NCBI RefSeq assembly: GCF_006345805.1
Contig: NC_042997.1
Coordinates: forward strand, 139,872,001 to 139,936,000
Direction of reading: 5' to 3'
Source of the DNA: Octopus sinensis
Lineage: Eukaryota
DNA length: 64,000 nucleotides
Part shown: piece by piece, positions 1 through 12,262 of the stretch
Numbering within the stretch: position 1 is the first letter of the stretch
Layout: the number at the start of each line of letters is the position of its first letter
The notes under the pieces: model-generated
Databases searched by the model: none
Told to the model about the DNA's origin: nothing
What the model saw: only the letters and a program-made list of their open reading frames with translations
Position numbers and translations under genes: made by a program

Positions 1-20
1 GTACTTTATATGTACATGAC

Positions 21-260
21 ATGTTGAACCAAGACAGTGTTTATGAGATGAGGAAACATGATGACCCTGTGAGAGGACTAACACAAGAGGGGTACTGTTG
101 TGCAGTAAAGGCAGTGGAAGTTGGTGCACTAGGACTTGTTGTAGGGTCCATATGCCTATTACTAGGTCAGCTCAGAATCAAGCGTCACAAAAGAATAGCA
201 ACAATGAAGCACCTGTCAGAGACATCAGAGAAGAGCTCAATGTGGCTATGAGCAAAAAGA
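21..260 (+). mobile_element. Degenerate C-terminal restriction-like endonuclease fragment of an RLE-type (HERO-like) non-LTR retrotransposon
   Basis: The translation contains EGYCCAVKAVEVGALGLV...LLGQLRIK...MKHLSETSEKSSMWL, resembling the VEVGxRGF ... AEKASxWLW end of HERO-type ORFs. Confidence 0.55.
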
Positions 261-990
261 AATGATATTTGCAGCTGATAAGGAATAAAGAAAGCCACTA
301 AACATAGGCGGAAGGAGACCCAGTTTGAAACAGTGCAAGTCCTTGCAGTGATCTTTGTGGCTGAGTGATAAGATCACCCAAAGGTTCTGTGTTCAGTCCC
401 CACTAAAGCTGGCATTTAAATAATAGTAAGAGTACACCTAGGAGTCACTACCTAGGTGGGTCCAGCTCCCTTAAAGTGTCAGGAACGAATAGGCCAAAAT
501 GCTTGTTTGATGGGACTTCTTCCACTGAAGATTTCTCCTGCAGTCTGCTTGCCTCATAGCAAGTTTCTATTTACAATACTCAAACTTTCTCTAGGTATTA
601 TTTTGTTGACTATAGGACAGTGTATTGTACAAATCAGGGCAGCATACAAACTATGTAGCTATCACTTTCTGGGTGACCCATATTACATAGTGCCTCCCAT
701 TCCATCATTTCAAATTAAATTGTGTAAATTGTTTCTGAATTTTGACTATTTCATCTCCAAAGGATAATTCATAAAATCTTATTGTTTAAATTAGAATACT
801 GCAAATAGGGTTGGTAGTATAGTGAATTCCAAATAGAATAGTATAATATTATTATGTGGTTACAATCAGTACATACTGGACAATACATTATAAGTGTATA
901 AAACAATAAAGTAAAGTAAAAATTTATATAAAGAAAGATTACTGTAGGGCAATAAATTATACTGCTAATATTTTTTTTTGTTCCTTTCAG

Positions 991-1072
991 ATTGTAAAAT
1001 ACACTGAGTCAATTATTGGCTCTAACATAATGGCAATGCACACCATGTTTATCAATAAACCGCCTGATTCAG
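991..1072 (+). CDS. PHYH: Phytanoyl-CoA dioxygenase, internal exon (82 nt)
   Basis: tttcag|ATT...TCAG|gtatag; encodes [27 protein letters not shown](G), closely matching [21 protein letters not shown]. Confidence 0.95.
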
Positions 1073-1433
1073 GTATAGCTTATTAAAATCTTTTCCCTTT
1101 TAATTGGAAACAGAAGCAGTTCTGACAGTCTCTTTCTATCTTATCCTCTTCTCCTGTTTTACATGTATTTAGCATGTCTGAGATGGTTTGGTGTTTACAG
1201 CTTCTAATATTTGAATATTTTGGAGTAATTGTTTCAACAACAGAAAGAACTTTCCACTAATCATTTAACTGTGAAATATGAGTGGCACTCATTGTCCTGT
1301 TTTCCAGGGTAGATGAGGCAAACTAAATTAAGTTCCCAAACCCCCAAAAGCGAAACAACTGTTTAGTAGTAATGTTTGACCTCAGTTCAGTAATTAAGAA
1401 ACTCATCTCACAGACATTATATCTCTTTTTTTA

Positions 1434-1650
1434 AGGTGGTGAGCTGGCAGAAATGTGAGCACACCAGGCAAAATGCTTAGCGATATTTCATCTGCCTTTA
1501 CATTCTGAGTTCAAATTCCGCCGAGGTCGACTTTGCCTTTCATCCTTTCAGGATTGATAAATTAAGCACTAGTTGCGTACTGGGGTCGATCTAATCGACT
1601 GGCCCCCTCCCAAAAAATTACAGGCCTTGTGCCTAGAGTAGAAAAGATTA
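1434..1650 (+). mobile_element. tRNA-derived SINE, family A
   Basis: gagctggcagaa...gagttcaaattccgccgaggtcgactttgcctttcatcc; the same family recurs at 21634 (+) and 18158 (-). Confidence 0.8.
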
Positions 1651-2289
1651 TATCTCTTTCCTGAAATTACTTCAAAAAAATCTTGGTGGTAGATATGATG
1701 CAGGCATCTAAGAATTTGCCTAGATGCGTTGTAGCATCTTGCTCAGTGCCTTAATATATTAAACTCAAATCCTCCTGGTAGTTGAGAAATAACCTCAATT
1801 TCATTAATATTTCAGTTTGTCACAGCTCTTAGTTCAAATGTTGCATGTGTCTCTATTCTTTTTATTCTCTTTGGGTATATAAAATTATCATCATCAGTTG
1901 TATACTGAGGTTGAGGTATTTGGCTCTACAATAGCTTATCCTTTACAAAATTCTCTGTATGCATGGTAGGAAGAAAACATTATTTTAAATTAATAAGATT
2001 TAGGTAATGGTTTTTACAATGGTATAAGTCTTCACATTCATAAAGGATATATGTGCTTGATTGTATCAACATCAATATATTACTGGCATTTTTTTTATAA
2101 ACCCCAGAATGACAAATGCTATCAGCTCATCCCATCAGTTATGTCTGAAATCTGATATTCCTAAGTTAGATAACTGGTGCCTTGTAGCACCAATACTTAT
2201 TGCCATGGCCTTGTACAGTTGTCAAGTAGTGATTTATATCATTACAGTATGCATTAGACAATTCCATTACTACTCTAATCCTCCCAAAG

Positions 2290-3375
2290 ATGACTGTGTC
2301 CATGAAGCATTTAGGGCGTTTGATAATTTTTGAGTTCAGAAATGACAATAATGCAGCAGAACCGATCCAAGATATGGTATTTATGGAAAATATTGCTTAA
2401 ATGAAAGAAGATACTTTGAAAGCTTTAGGAAGAATAATTTCAGCTTAAAAGATGCTTTATGAACAGGTCGTCCTGTTCAGTTTAACAAAGACCTACCTTT
2501 GTTAGAACTTAATTGAAATAATGCTATTACAGTTGAAGAATTAGCACCAAAGCTGAATACAAGCCATTCAACAATTCTTAGGCATCTGTAATGGCTTGGA
2601 AAGGTGCCTAAACTAGTTCTCCATAATTCGACAGTAAAACAACCTTGCTGCATGAGTAAACATTTGCACTTCTCTACATTCTTGGGAATGTACATTGCTA
2701 TTTTCAAACAGATTAGTGACTGGTGAAGAAAAGTAGATCTTTCACAGGAATGTTAAGCAATGCAGGCAATGGCTTAGTGAAGGTGAAATGACTAAACCCT
2801 AACCCAAATGTGACCTCCATCAAAGAAAAGTTTTGGATAATATTTAGTGGGATCATGTCAATATGATCCATCTTGAGTTGCTATCAGTTAATAAAACAAT
2901 TACACAAGACATTTTTTATCAATAATTATAATGTTTAAACATTACTTTAAAGGAAAAGGGGCCTACTTTAATGATTTTCAAAGGAGTGGTGTGCTATCAT
3001 GATAATGCCTGGCCCATACAGTAAAGATCACGTTTGAAAAAAATTGTAAACTTCATCTGTGAAAAAATACCACACTCTCCTTAACAGAATTTTGTTCCAT
3101 CTGATTACCATCTATTCTGAAGTTTACAGAATTAACTTAGTGAACCACTTAAAACATGTGAAGAAATGGAAAAAATCCTTTCTGCATTTTTTTGGTTTTT
3201 TTACAAAACCAAAAGAATTTTACACAAACGGTATGAAGAAGCATATAAACTACTGGAAGAAGGTCATTGATAATGATGGTAATTATGTTAATGAATGAAT
3301 ATTAATAAAATATGAAATTTAGAGATTTTTTTTTCTTACTTAATATTTGGAGATTACTTAAGGAGTACCCTGATA
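2290..3375 (+). mobile_element. Degenerate mariner-like transposase remnant in a PHYH intron
   Basis: Broken frames give ELAPKLNTSHSTILRHL, LVTGEEK, HDNAWP, PSDYHLF and FFTKPKEFY..G.....WKKVIDNDGNY, all mariner motifs; many stops. Confidence 0.8.
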
Positions 3376-3476
3376 TTTAGTGTGGCACCTTTTTATTTCT
3401 AACACTTCACTGCATCTTTAAGGCTTAGTTAAAAAGCTATTTTTGATTAAGTTAACTCAAAGGTTTTTTATTCCAG

Positions 3477-3658
3477 GTTTAAAAACAACAAGACATCCAA
3501 TGCACCAAGATTTGCATTATTTCCCATTCAGACCACCTGAGAAAATTGTTTGCTCATGGACACCACTCATAAAAGTGAACAGAGAGAATGGATGCTTAGT
3601 TGTTATTCCAGGCTCCCACAAAAGGCCTTTGCAACCCCATGGATATCCTAATTGGGAG
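3477..3658 (+). CDS. PHYH: Phytanoyl-CoA dioxygenase, internal exon (182 nt)
   Basis: ttccag|GT...GAG|gtaggc; encodes [19 protein letters not shown]...[10 protein letters not shown]...YPNWE with the HQD Fe-binding motif. Confidence 0.97.
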
Positions 3659-4364
3659 GTAGGCTCTTTTTCTCTAAGAAATACTTTTATTCACTTTGAA
3701 ATACAACTTTTCAGTCTCTTTTAAATTCAAGATAGTTGTCAGTTTGAATTACTGGAAGTTAATGTTTGGAGGGGAAAAGAAGAAAAGAAGGTGATTTAGA
3801 GGGATGTAGTCTTGTGTGGAACCACATCCTGCTAATATTTTATACTTGATTGAAGTGTAGCAGAAACCTTCTCATTATAGAAGTATTAAGTATGGAGCTT
3901 GGTGTTGTTGAATATATTATGATAAGGTGATAGTGGTATACAGTCAGTATGTCTGGAGGAACAGAGATTTTTTTGTGGAAACAATATTTTTCAACAGACA
4001 GCAGATACAGCTTAATAATGAGCCAAATATTCTAGAAAGTAACTAAATATCCAATGACTGATTGAGAATTTAAAGAAAAAACTATCCTTTAGTATTTGAC
4101 GCCAGAATACTGGAATATTTAGTTTGGTCACATTGTAGCAAATTATTTAATAACTAGAGCTTCAGTAGTAATGGTAGTGCAGGGATGATAATTTTTTTGG
4201 ATCGTATTCTTTTAAATTGTTCGTTAATAAATAGAGAAAGAGATAGTTTCTAGAGATTTTTAGACTCTGCTAGGCGATAGTAATCTTTATTTAATTCAGT
4301 CACATTGTCAGATAAATACAATTCTTTGAATATGACAAAGAAAATATAATCATCATCATCATTG

Positions 4365-4825
4365 TTTTAGCATCCACATAAAAGGCACCATTCGAGTGTG
4401 ATCGTTACCAGCGTCGCCTTACTGGCACTTGAGCCCTGTGCTAGTAGGGTGTTAAGAGCACCATCCGAGCATGATCGTTGCCAGAGCGGCTAACTGGCCT
4501 CCATGCCAGTGGCATATAAAAGGCATCATTCGAGCATGATTGTAACCAGCATCACCTTACTAGCACCTATGCTGGTGGCATGTGTAAAAGATTCGAGCAA
4601 GGTTGTTGCCAGTACCGCCTGACTGGCCCCGTGCCAGTGGCACGTAAAAGCACCCACTACACTTTCGGACTGGTTGGCTTTAGGAAGGGCATCCAGCTGT
4701 AGAAACTCTGCCAGATCAAGATTGAAGCCTGGTGCAGCCATCTGATTTGCCAGCCCTCAGTCAAATCATCCAACCCATGCTAGCATGGAAAGCGAACATT
4801 AAACTATGATGATGATGATGATGAT
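4365..4825 (+). mobile_element. RTE-3'UTR-related SINE-like repeat with internal subrepeats and a (GAT)n tail
   Basis: gggcatccagctgtagaaac...ccaacccatgctagcatggaaagc...(gat)n; the same 3' end follows the RTE fragment at 18852-20005. Confidence 0.75.
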
Positions 4826-5187
4826 TTTCAATGCTTGAAAAAAGAAAGAGCTGGATAACATGATTGATAATGTTCTTTTGCAGTTTGTTGATTAAATGCA
4901 CATAAAGCAACATAGCCAAGAATCCAGCATACCAGAGCCATGATGACTAAAACAAACTAAAAAAACTAATGTAGAATATGTTTGTGTTTTATTGCATATT
5001 AAATACTTGAATAAGTTTTCATTTGTTAAATCTGTGAATGGTAAGAAAAGTTACACTTATGTTAAGATTTGAATGTATAAATGCAAGTAACTTTGTTACT
5101 TTAGTATTCCATTCATCCAGCTAAATGTATATGTTAATATTATATGCTTACTTTTTTGTTTTGTTTGTTAAAATTCTTTTGAACCAG

Positions 5188-5337
5188 AATGGTGTGAACA
5201 AAATGTACCATGGTATTTTGAACTATAAAATAGAAGATAACAAAATACACTTGGATATGGAACCAGGGGACACTGTGTTCTTTCATCCATTACTCTTCCA
5301 TGGGTCTGGACAGAACAGAACAAATCAATTTAGAAAG
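5188..5337 (+). CDS. PHYH: Phytanoyl-CoA dioxygenase, internal exon (150 nt)
   Basis: aaccag|AAT...AAG|gtacag; encodes [10 protein letters not shown]...[24 protein letters not shown] with the distal His and the 2-oxoglutarate-binding Arg. Confidence 0.97.
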
Positions 5338-5899
5338 GTACAGTAACTTTATTGCTTTCCCTTACTATCATTTACCCCTCCAACATATCTAACTAAGTTT
5401 GTTTGATTAATTTCTTGAGTATCTATTCTGGTAGCTTATAAACTAGTGGAGATAGGAAGTCCAAATACTTTTCATCAATGATTACTAAGCAAGCACTTTT
5501 TGAAATTTTACCTTTTTAGTAAGTTATTTAGATGTTAAGTATGCAGCTGGCTCAATTTGATAATATGTGCTGACCAAAATACATGCTATTACATAAACAA
5601 CAAAATCAGCCACACACAAAAATTTAGATAAAAAATAAAAATGTACTTACATCCATAATTACTCAGCAATAAAATTTCTTTAGCATATTGCTGACTGTAA
5701 TTGTTAAAAATGTAAAATACATTCATATAATGATCATGAATGTAAAGAAAAATTTCCTTTGTTTTCATTTGTTAACCTTCTGATCAAAACTTTCTTTCTT
5801 TGTCATATATGGAATGGGAAAGGTAATGCAATTTCAGAGTTAGTAGAAGCAAGGCAATACATGAAGCCAACAAAATAGAGCAAGCCAACACATTCATAA

Positions 5900-8130
5900 C
5901 ATTACCATGGGCGATGGCAAAGGTGTTGGAACAACCAAACACCCTCATTGGTATCACCTGACACTGTGATAAGGTGAGTCACCATCAACAATGGGAACTT
6001 CACTATTAGCAGCCCAGCCACCCAACAAACATCTCTAACACCACAGGTTGGAAGAAATGGTTCACTGACAAGTCCCAATACTTAAGAATTTTATTCTGTT
6101 CAGCTACAGAAGCAGTGACCCTCCCATTTGCTGCAGCATCTAGGATGTGGGGAGGAGCATAAGAGTCACAGACTATGATAACCCAGATGAGGCACTTACC
6201 TCTTACCAGGAACAAAGGGTAAGACCATCTGGTTTCTTCTCATCACTTCTGGATAATCCTGCCAGCTCCAGAACTGAAGGGATATTAACTCAATCCAAAG
6301 CCCACTTACTGATTAAGTTTAGCTCAGTGCAATGAGTGAAATAATCGGCATTTAGGCAGCAAGATAAACCATGAAGGCCTGTGGAGTCAAGGGGCCTACC
6401 ACAGCAACATCGGTCTCCCACAGATGTAGGCTCCCACTCTGAGTGCAAGGGAGATACAAAACTCATCTAGACTAAGTGGAATACCAATATTGGTCACTGG
6501 CAGAGCATCAGTCCAGCCCCACAAGAATTTCACACTTGCAGAAATAAGGTGATACCTTGAAAATTGATCAGATTGATCAAAGAGAGAGTTGTAAGTAGTA
6601 CCTAAGCACCGATCATCTCAGACTCTTTGCTTCCGTTTATCCTTAGCTGTATCAAGAACCAACAAACCCAGCTCTCTCCACTGTAACAGAGCTTCATCCA
6701 ATCCCTGTTGGAATTAGTCCATGTTGGAGAGGAGAGAATGTTGCCTACTAAAGAGGAGCAAGTATGGATGAAGGAAAGAAAACAAGGAAGAGATAGAGAA
6801 GAAGATCCCCAAATTGTTTGGGCAAAGTAGCCTGTTCATGGGCTCTGGAGAGAGTCTGGCAGTAACCAAACATTTGAGTTCCCTGAAGATTAGGTTGTCA
6901 AAGCATTGGAGAGATGACAAAAATCTACAAGAGGAACTAACTCTGAGAAAATACAATATCTTAGAAATTAACAAGTAATTCCTATGTATAAAAAAACTTT
7001 GGTGGGGCTCAATTACCTCAAGACTTTTTAATAGTTGCTTAAAGTTAGTCATCTTGGATCGAAAGATGGACTCGAAAGCTCAGTCAGTAATTGAGGCCCT
7101 AAGAGAGTACCAAGCTGATGATTGAGGAACTGCAATGGAGGGGAAAGAATCTGTAAACAGGTTTACACTCTGCTGATGTGAAACTGGATGGTGGAGGAGC
7201 CATAGCTCACATTTGGAACTGTTGACACTAAGGCCCTTATGATCAAGTTCTTAAATCATTGTCCTCACAGTTGCAAGGACCTTACCAGGAGAGACCCTCA
7301 AACAAACATCATCAAGATACCAGATATTCAAGTCGAGGTTGGTTCCCATCTTATCATCAATACCCAGTGCAAGCAGAACAGGTCTGAGCAAGTCACTCTG
7401 TTGAACTCCAGAGACACAGATGGGATGAGGTGGTCACCAAAGGACAGGTAGGGAAGTACACTCTCAGATGAGAACATGTTGATGAACTGTGTTAGATTTT
7501 CCAAGAACTCAAGATTGGCATCACTAGCTAACAAGGAGATACCATCTTTGAGATGCTGAGGTTGTAAGCATTCAATCCCAACCCCAGAACTTGCTGGAAA
7601 GGATGCAATCACCTTACTGACATTATAAAAAAACCTGTTGGGTCAAGCCAGTGTAGGTAGTCAGCTGTAGGGGCCAGAGGATGTTTCTCCTTTAATCAGT
7701 TGAGGGAATCTGTAGTGCACCACATGAGAGAGGTCAGAGAGGAGAGTAGGCAAATAGCCCCTTTTATGTCAAATCTGCTGAATTTAGCATTAATGACCTT
7801 CTTTAAGTTTGGTAAATGACCATTGTTTGGAGCTGTACTGATCACCAGCCTGAGATGAGCAGTGGTTGGGGTGAACTGAAACAGCTTGAACTGCCATTTT
7901 AAGAAAGATGTAAAGGATCTAGTACTCGTGTTGGACATGTAGAGAGAAACGAGAGGAAATAGAAACAGTTTCTGCCAATCCGAGGTGTTGTTGAATAGGT
8001 TGATGTTCTTCAACAGCTTGGAGAGAGCATAGACAAAACAAGTCCAAGTTCCCATAGGGATCTGGTTGACAAGCTTCAACCAGAAAAAAAGAAATAGTTG
8101 AAATGATTTCTAACATTGGCACAATAGCAC
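5900..8130 (-). mobile_element. Degenerate CRE-like (RLE) non-LTR retrotransposon in a PHYH intron
   Basis: Minus-strand pieces read LQPQHLKD, GVQQSDLLRPVLLALGID, LNIWYLDD (YLDD at 7308-7319), GLSVNSSKCEL, RCCCGRPLDSTGLHGLSC, KKPDGLTL and AEQNKILKY; stops and frameshifts present. Confidence 0.8.
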
Positions 8131-8198
8131 AGATGCAGTTGGGACAAGAGTAAAATTGAATAGTAGTAATAAACTGTTATCTATTATTTTCTTGACAG

Positions 8199-8357
8199 TC
8201 AATCAGTTGCCATTTCGCCAACTCCAGTTGCCACTACATAGATATCAAAGGTACAACACATGAGAATATTGCAAAGGAGATAACTGATGTTGCCAGGCAA
8301 AAAATTACAAAAATATTTGGTGAACAAGATGCACAAGACAAGGAAGTTTCAATACAG
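8199..8357 (+). CDS. PHYH: Phytanoyl-CoA dioxygenase, penultimate exon (159 nt)
   Basis: ttgacag|TCA...CAG|gtacat; encodes SISCHFANSSCHYIDIKGTTHENIAKEI..., matching PHYH AISCHFASADCHYIDVKGT. Not listed in this frame in the ORF track. Confidence 0.95.
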
Positions 8358-8539
8358 GTACATAGTATTTTTCCTTATTATGAAACTGACACACTACCTA
8401 GTTTGCTACATTTTAATTACATATCATCATCGTCATCAATGTTGTTCATTATTTACATTTGATGGATATTTGTCCTCATCTTGTTTGTTGTTAACACAAC
8501 GTTTTGGCTGATATACCCTCCAGCCTTCATCAGGTGTCT

Positions 8540-8705
8540 TGGGGGAAATTTCGAACCTAGCTTCTCATTCCTAAGGTATTTTTCGATGCTATTATTATTA
8601 TTATTATTGTTGTTGTTGTTACTTAGGTTACTGCCTGGAATCAAACTCGGAATCTTGGGGTTAGTAGTGCATGCTCTTAACCACTATGCCATATGCTCGT
8701 GGGCA
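8540..8705 (-). mobile_element. tRNA-derived SINE with a simple-repeat tail
   Basis: The reverse complement shows an A-box-like tggcatagtggttaagagc, a B-box-like gagtttgattcc, and an (AAC)/(AAT) run. Confidence 0.6.
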
Positions 8706-8739
8706 ATTATGAAGTGAATTTTAGGGCTTATAAATCTAA

Positions 8740-9200
8740 TATTTTCCTATCCTTCCTTAATACCAGTTCCCATATGCTACTCATATCTACACTCGGTCTG
8801 CTTAGGAGGCTGTTGTGTCCTAGCATATGTGCTACTTCTTTTAGTTTTCGTATTTTCCAGTGGTGTTCTCTATCTATTATTTTAACTTCATCCCACAGGG
8901 GGAGGTGGCCTTCATTTTTCCATACATGATCAGTTATACCTGATTTATCAATATCTCCTCATGTCACAGCTTTGTGACGTTTGTCTACCCTTATTTTGAG
9001 GGGGCAGCCTGTTTCGCCTTTGTATAACCTACCACAGCTGCATGGGATGGAGTACACGCAGCCTTTGGTCACATTCTCTTCTATTGGTGGTTTTGCTCAA
9101 AAGAGATATTTGCAAAGAGTTCTATTACTCTTGAATACTGTCCTGTCATATGGGCCACATACCTTTTGTATCTTTCCGGAGAGGCCTTTCACATAGGGTA
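8740..9200 (-). mobile_element. Penelope-like element GIY-YIG endonuclease fragment
   Basis: The minus strand reads PIEENVTKGCVYSIPCSCGRLYKGETGC...DKSGITDHVWK...WDEVKIIDREHHWKIRKLKE. Confidence 0.8.
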
Positions 9201-9322
9201 GACAGACTGTGGACAGTTTATTGGCTTCATCCTCTCTTTTCTTCATAATTGGAGTAGATAATCAATGCATGTGGTAGGAAAGCAAGCTTCTTACAACACA
9301 GCCATGCTTGTGCATATATATA

Positions 9323-9367
<45 letters not shown>

Positions 9368-9380
9368 ATATATATATATA

Positions 9381-10655
9381 CAGGGGTTGGACAAAATAAT
9401 GGAAACACCTAGCATCATATCATCATAATTTTGAAATATCTATAAAACCGTCAAAAGTTTGTTTATTTTTATGTCTTTTGATTTGTTATGAGTGTTGATT
9501 AATATGTTTTGCTAAAATTACTGTTTCTTTTCAAATATCATCAGAAAAAGGTAATTAAAATTCATTGAAATGACAGATCTATCGGATTTTTAAAAAAGGT
9601 CAAATTGTTGGTGCTCGTATGGCAGGCATTAGCATAACAAAAACAGCTGAAATGTTTGGTGTATCAAGAAGAACTATCTTGAAAGTAATGACAACCTTTG
9701 AGAAAGAGGGAAAAAACCTCCTCATCAAAACAAAACTCTGGAAGAAAACCAAAACTTTCAGATAGGGACCATCGGACTTACACAAATTGTTAGAAAGGAT
9801 CACAAAAGTACAGCTCCCAAAATTACTGCAGAGCTTAATGACCACCCTGAGAACCCAGTTTCCACAGAAACTGTTTGCTGGGAGCTGCACAAAGCCAGAT
9901 TTCATGGTTGGGCTGCAATCTGAAAACCACTACTTTCAAACACAAACATTGCAAAGCGTTTAAAGTGGAGTAAAAACCTATAGAATTGGTCCCTAGAGCA
10001 GTGAAAGAATGTTATTTTCTTGGACAAGTCATCATTTACCTAATTTCTGACCTCCGGCCGAGTATACCTTTGGAGACAGCCAAAAGAAGCATCTTATTCA
10101 GACTGCCTTCTTTCAATTGCTAAACATGGAGGAGGATCTGTGATGATCAGGGGTAGGGGGCTATATCTTGGAAATCTGCCAGCCCAATGGTTTCCCTTCA
10201 TGGCAGAACTAACAGTCAAGACTATTCAAGCATTTTATGTGATCAAATTTATCCTATGGTTGCAGAACTGTTTCCGGAGAGAAACACAATCTTTCAGGAT
10301 GATAATGCACCAATTCACACAGCTAAAGTTGTTACTGAATGGCACAAGGAACATTCTAGTGAAGTTGAACATCTTATCTAATGACCACAGTCCCCAGATC
10401 TCAATATTATTGAACATTTATGGTGCATTTTAGAAAAACAAGTAAGGAGTCAATATCCTCCACCATCATTACTACAAGAACTGGAATCTGTTTTAGCTGA
10501 AGGATGGACAAAAATTTCTTTGGAAACAATTCAAACTTTGTACAAGTCCATACCTCATAGAATTCAAGCTGTAATTACTGCCAAAAGCAGTCCTACCCAA
10601 TATTGAAATAAATTTGTTTGAAATTTTAAGGTGTTTCCATTATTTTATCCAACTC

Positions 10656-10658
<3 letters not shown>
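9381..10658 (+). mobile_element. Full-length but defective Tc1-like DNA transposon
   Basis: TIRs caggggttggacaaaataatggaaacacct / aggtgtttccattattttatccaactcctg flanked by TA; transposase remnants LSDF..GQIVGARMAG, FQDDNAPIH and SPDLNIIEHLW with stops. Confidence 0.92.
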
Positions 10659-10705
<47 letters not shown>

Positions 10706-10876
10706 CTTTCTTGATGTTACTTCTTTCTCACCCTACACAGCTGCAGTCTAAATGAGTGAAAGAAAAAAATATATGTATATTCAGTTACACATGCATATGA
10801 ACACTTACATAATCATTTAAATAACTGTTTTTATCTTATTTAATACTTACACCTGTTTTTTTTTTATGCATTTCAG

Positions 10877-10930
10877 GAAACTTGGCAGATAAGAGGTCGG
10901 CTGGTGAAAGGGATACAAGCCAATTTATAA
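10877..10930 (+). CDS. PHYH: Phytanoyl-CoA dioxygenase, last coding exon (54 nt including stop)
   Basis: tttcag|GAA...TAA; encodes ETWQIRGRLVKGIQANL*, compare human DIWMFRARLVKGERTNL*. Exon phases join in frame with the upstream exons. Confidence 0.95.
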   Translation, partial: ETWQIRGRLVKGIQANL

Positions 10931-10998
10931 CTGAATTGATGAATTTGACATTTTGTGATTTTTTGAATATTCTTTAGAGAACACTAACAAATAATTTT

Positions 10999-11004
10999 AA
11001 TAAA
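10999..11004 (+). terminator. Candidate PHYH polyadenylation signal
   Basis: AATAAA about 70 nt after the stop codon, followed by a T/GT-rich stretch. Confidence 0.5.
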
Positions 11005-11741
11005 ACTTAATTTTTGTTTTGTTGACTTAAACTAAAAAAAATTTTGATTATTGAAATATTTGATATTTTATAAAGGTGCTACTTGTGGTTCACCACAGCA
11101 TCTATGGTGTACACTGCCAAATGACCAAATTTGGGTTAGGAATTGGGTTAAGGTTAGGGTTGGCTTTAAGGTTTGGGTTAGGGTTTAATTGCATGCTAAA
11201 ATGTAAACAGCCAGCCAGACTACACACTAAAGTGGCACCTAGTATTTTGATTCTGAAGTTATAGCTATGTTTGTATTAATTTTTTTTAATAATTTTATTT
11301 TTAAAAATAGTCATTAATTGTTTAACTAACTACTGGTTATTAGTTATATATAAAGTTCTCACTGAAGAATTAAAGATGATTTATTTTGTTGAATTGTGAC
11401 ATAAAAAGAGGAGAGGGAGAGTGTTTATTTGTGAATTGATGGTAATATTCTATTGAATAAATAATCAGAAGTTTAATTTTTTATCATTCACATTATTCTG
11501 TTAAAAGTAATGCTTTTTATTCACATTGCTTTGAATTAATCATGCATTATTTTGTAACTTTGAGATTTTGTATGAGGCAACTGTTAATTTTTAGAATGAT
11601 ATTGTAGGGTTGGTGTAAGAAGCCATATCTGACCAGTTTCAATATAAAACAGATAGAATATTTTGGTTAGATATGGCTAGTTTGAATGCTAAAGTGTTAA
11701 GTATTCTAATTAATCTCTAAAACGCCCACCAGCATGATTAA

Positions 11742-12262
11742 CCCCATGACAACAGTTTGCACTGACAGTAATCATCTTGGCCAAGATCAGCAATTAGCAC
11801 ACGACAACGGTTCGGTGTATATTTACGTGAACCACTTTAAAGCATGCATTGTTTATTTATGTAAACTGTCAACACTTGACAGAACACTCCTGCGGTATTA
11901 CTGTGGAAATAAGATTACTCGACAGCAGGAGAAGAATTTGCTGAACGTATACAAATTTGATAGGAAATCATAGTGGAAATGGTGGTGCAACCACCAAAAC
12001 TGCTGCTTTTATACTATTATGGTGATGAAGTCTCGAACTGATTTGGAAATATTTACATGAAGAGTCTAACAAACCTATCAGATACCTTGAAATTTGCATG
12101 GTGGCCTCTATTATCGATTTCATGAGTGATAGCTGATATTTATATCAACCGGTGCATAAACAGGTACAAAACCATGGCAGATGAGGCTGTGTATATTTTC
12201 TTCATTTGATTCAAAGCCAGTACACAGCACATGTAAACACAATATCAACTGATATCATGGGG
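11742..12262. mobile_element. Non-autonomous piggyBac-like element
   Basis: TTAA|CCCCATGAcaacagtt ... aactgataTCATGGGG|TTAA: imperfect TIRs with CCC ends and a TTAA duplication. Confidence 0.7.
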
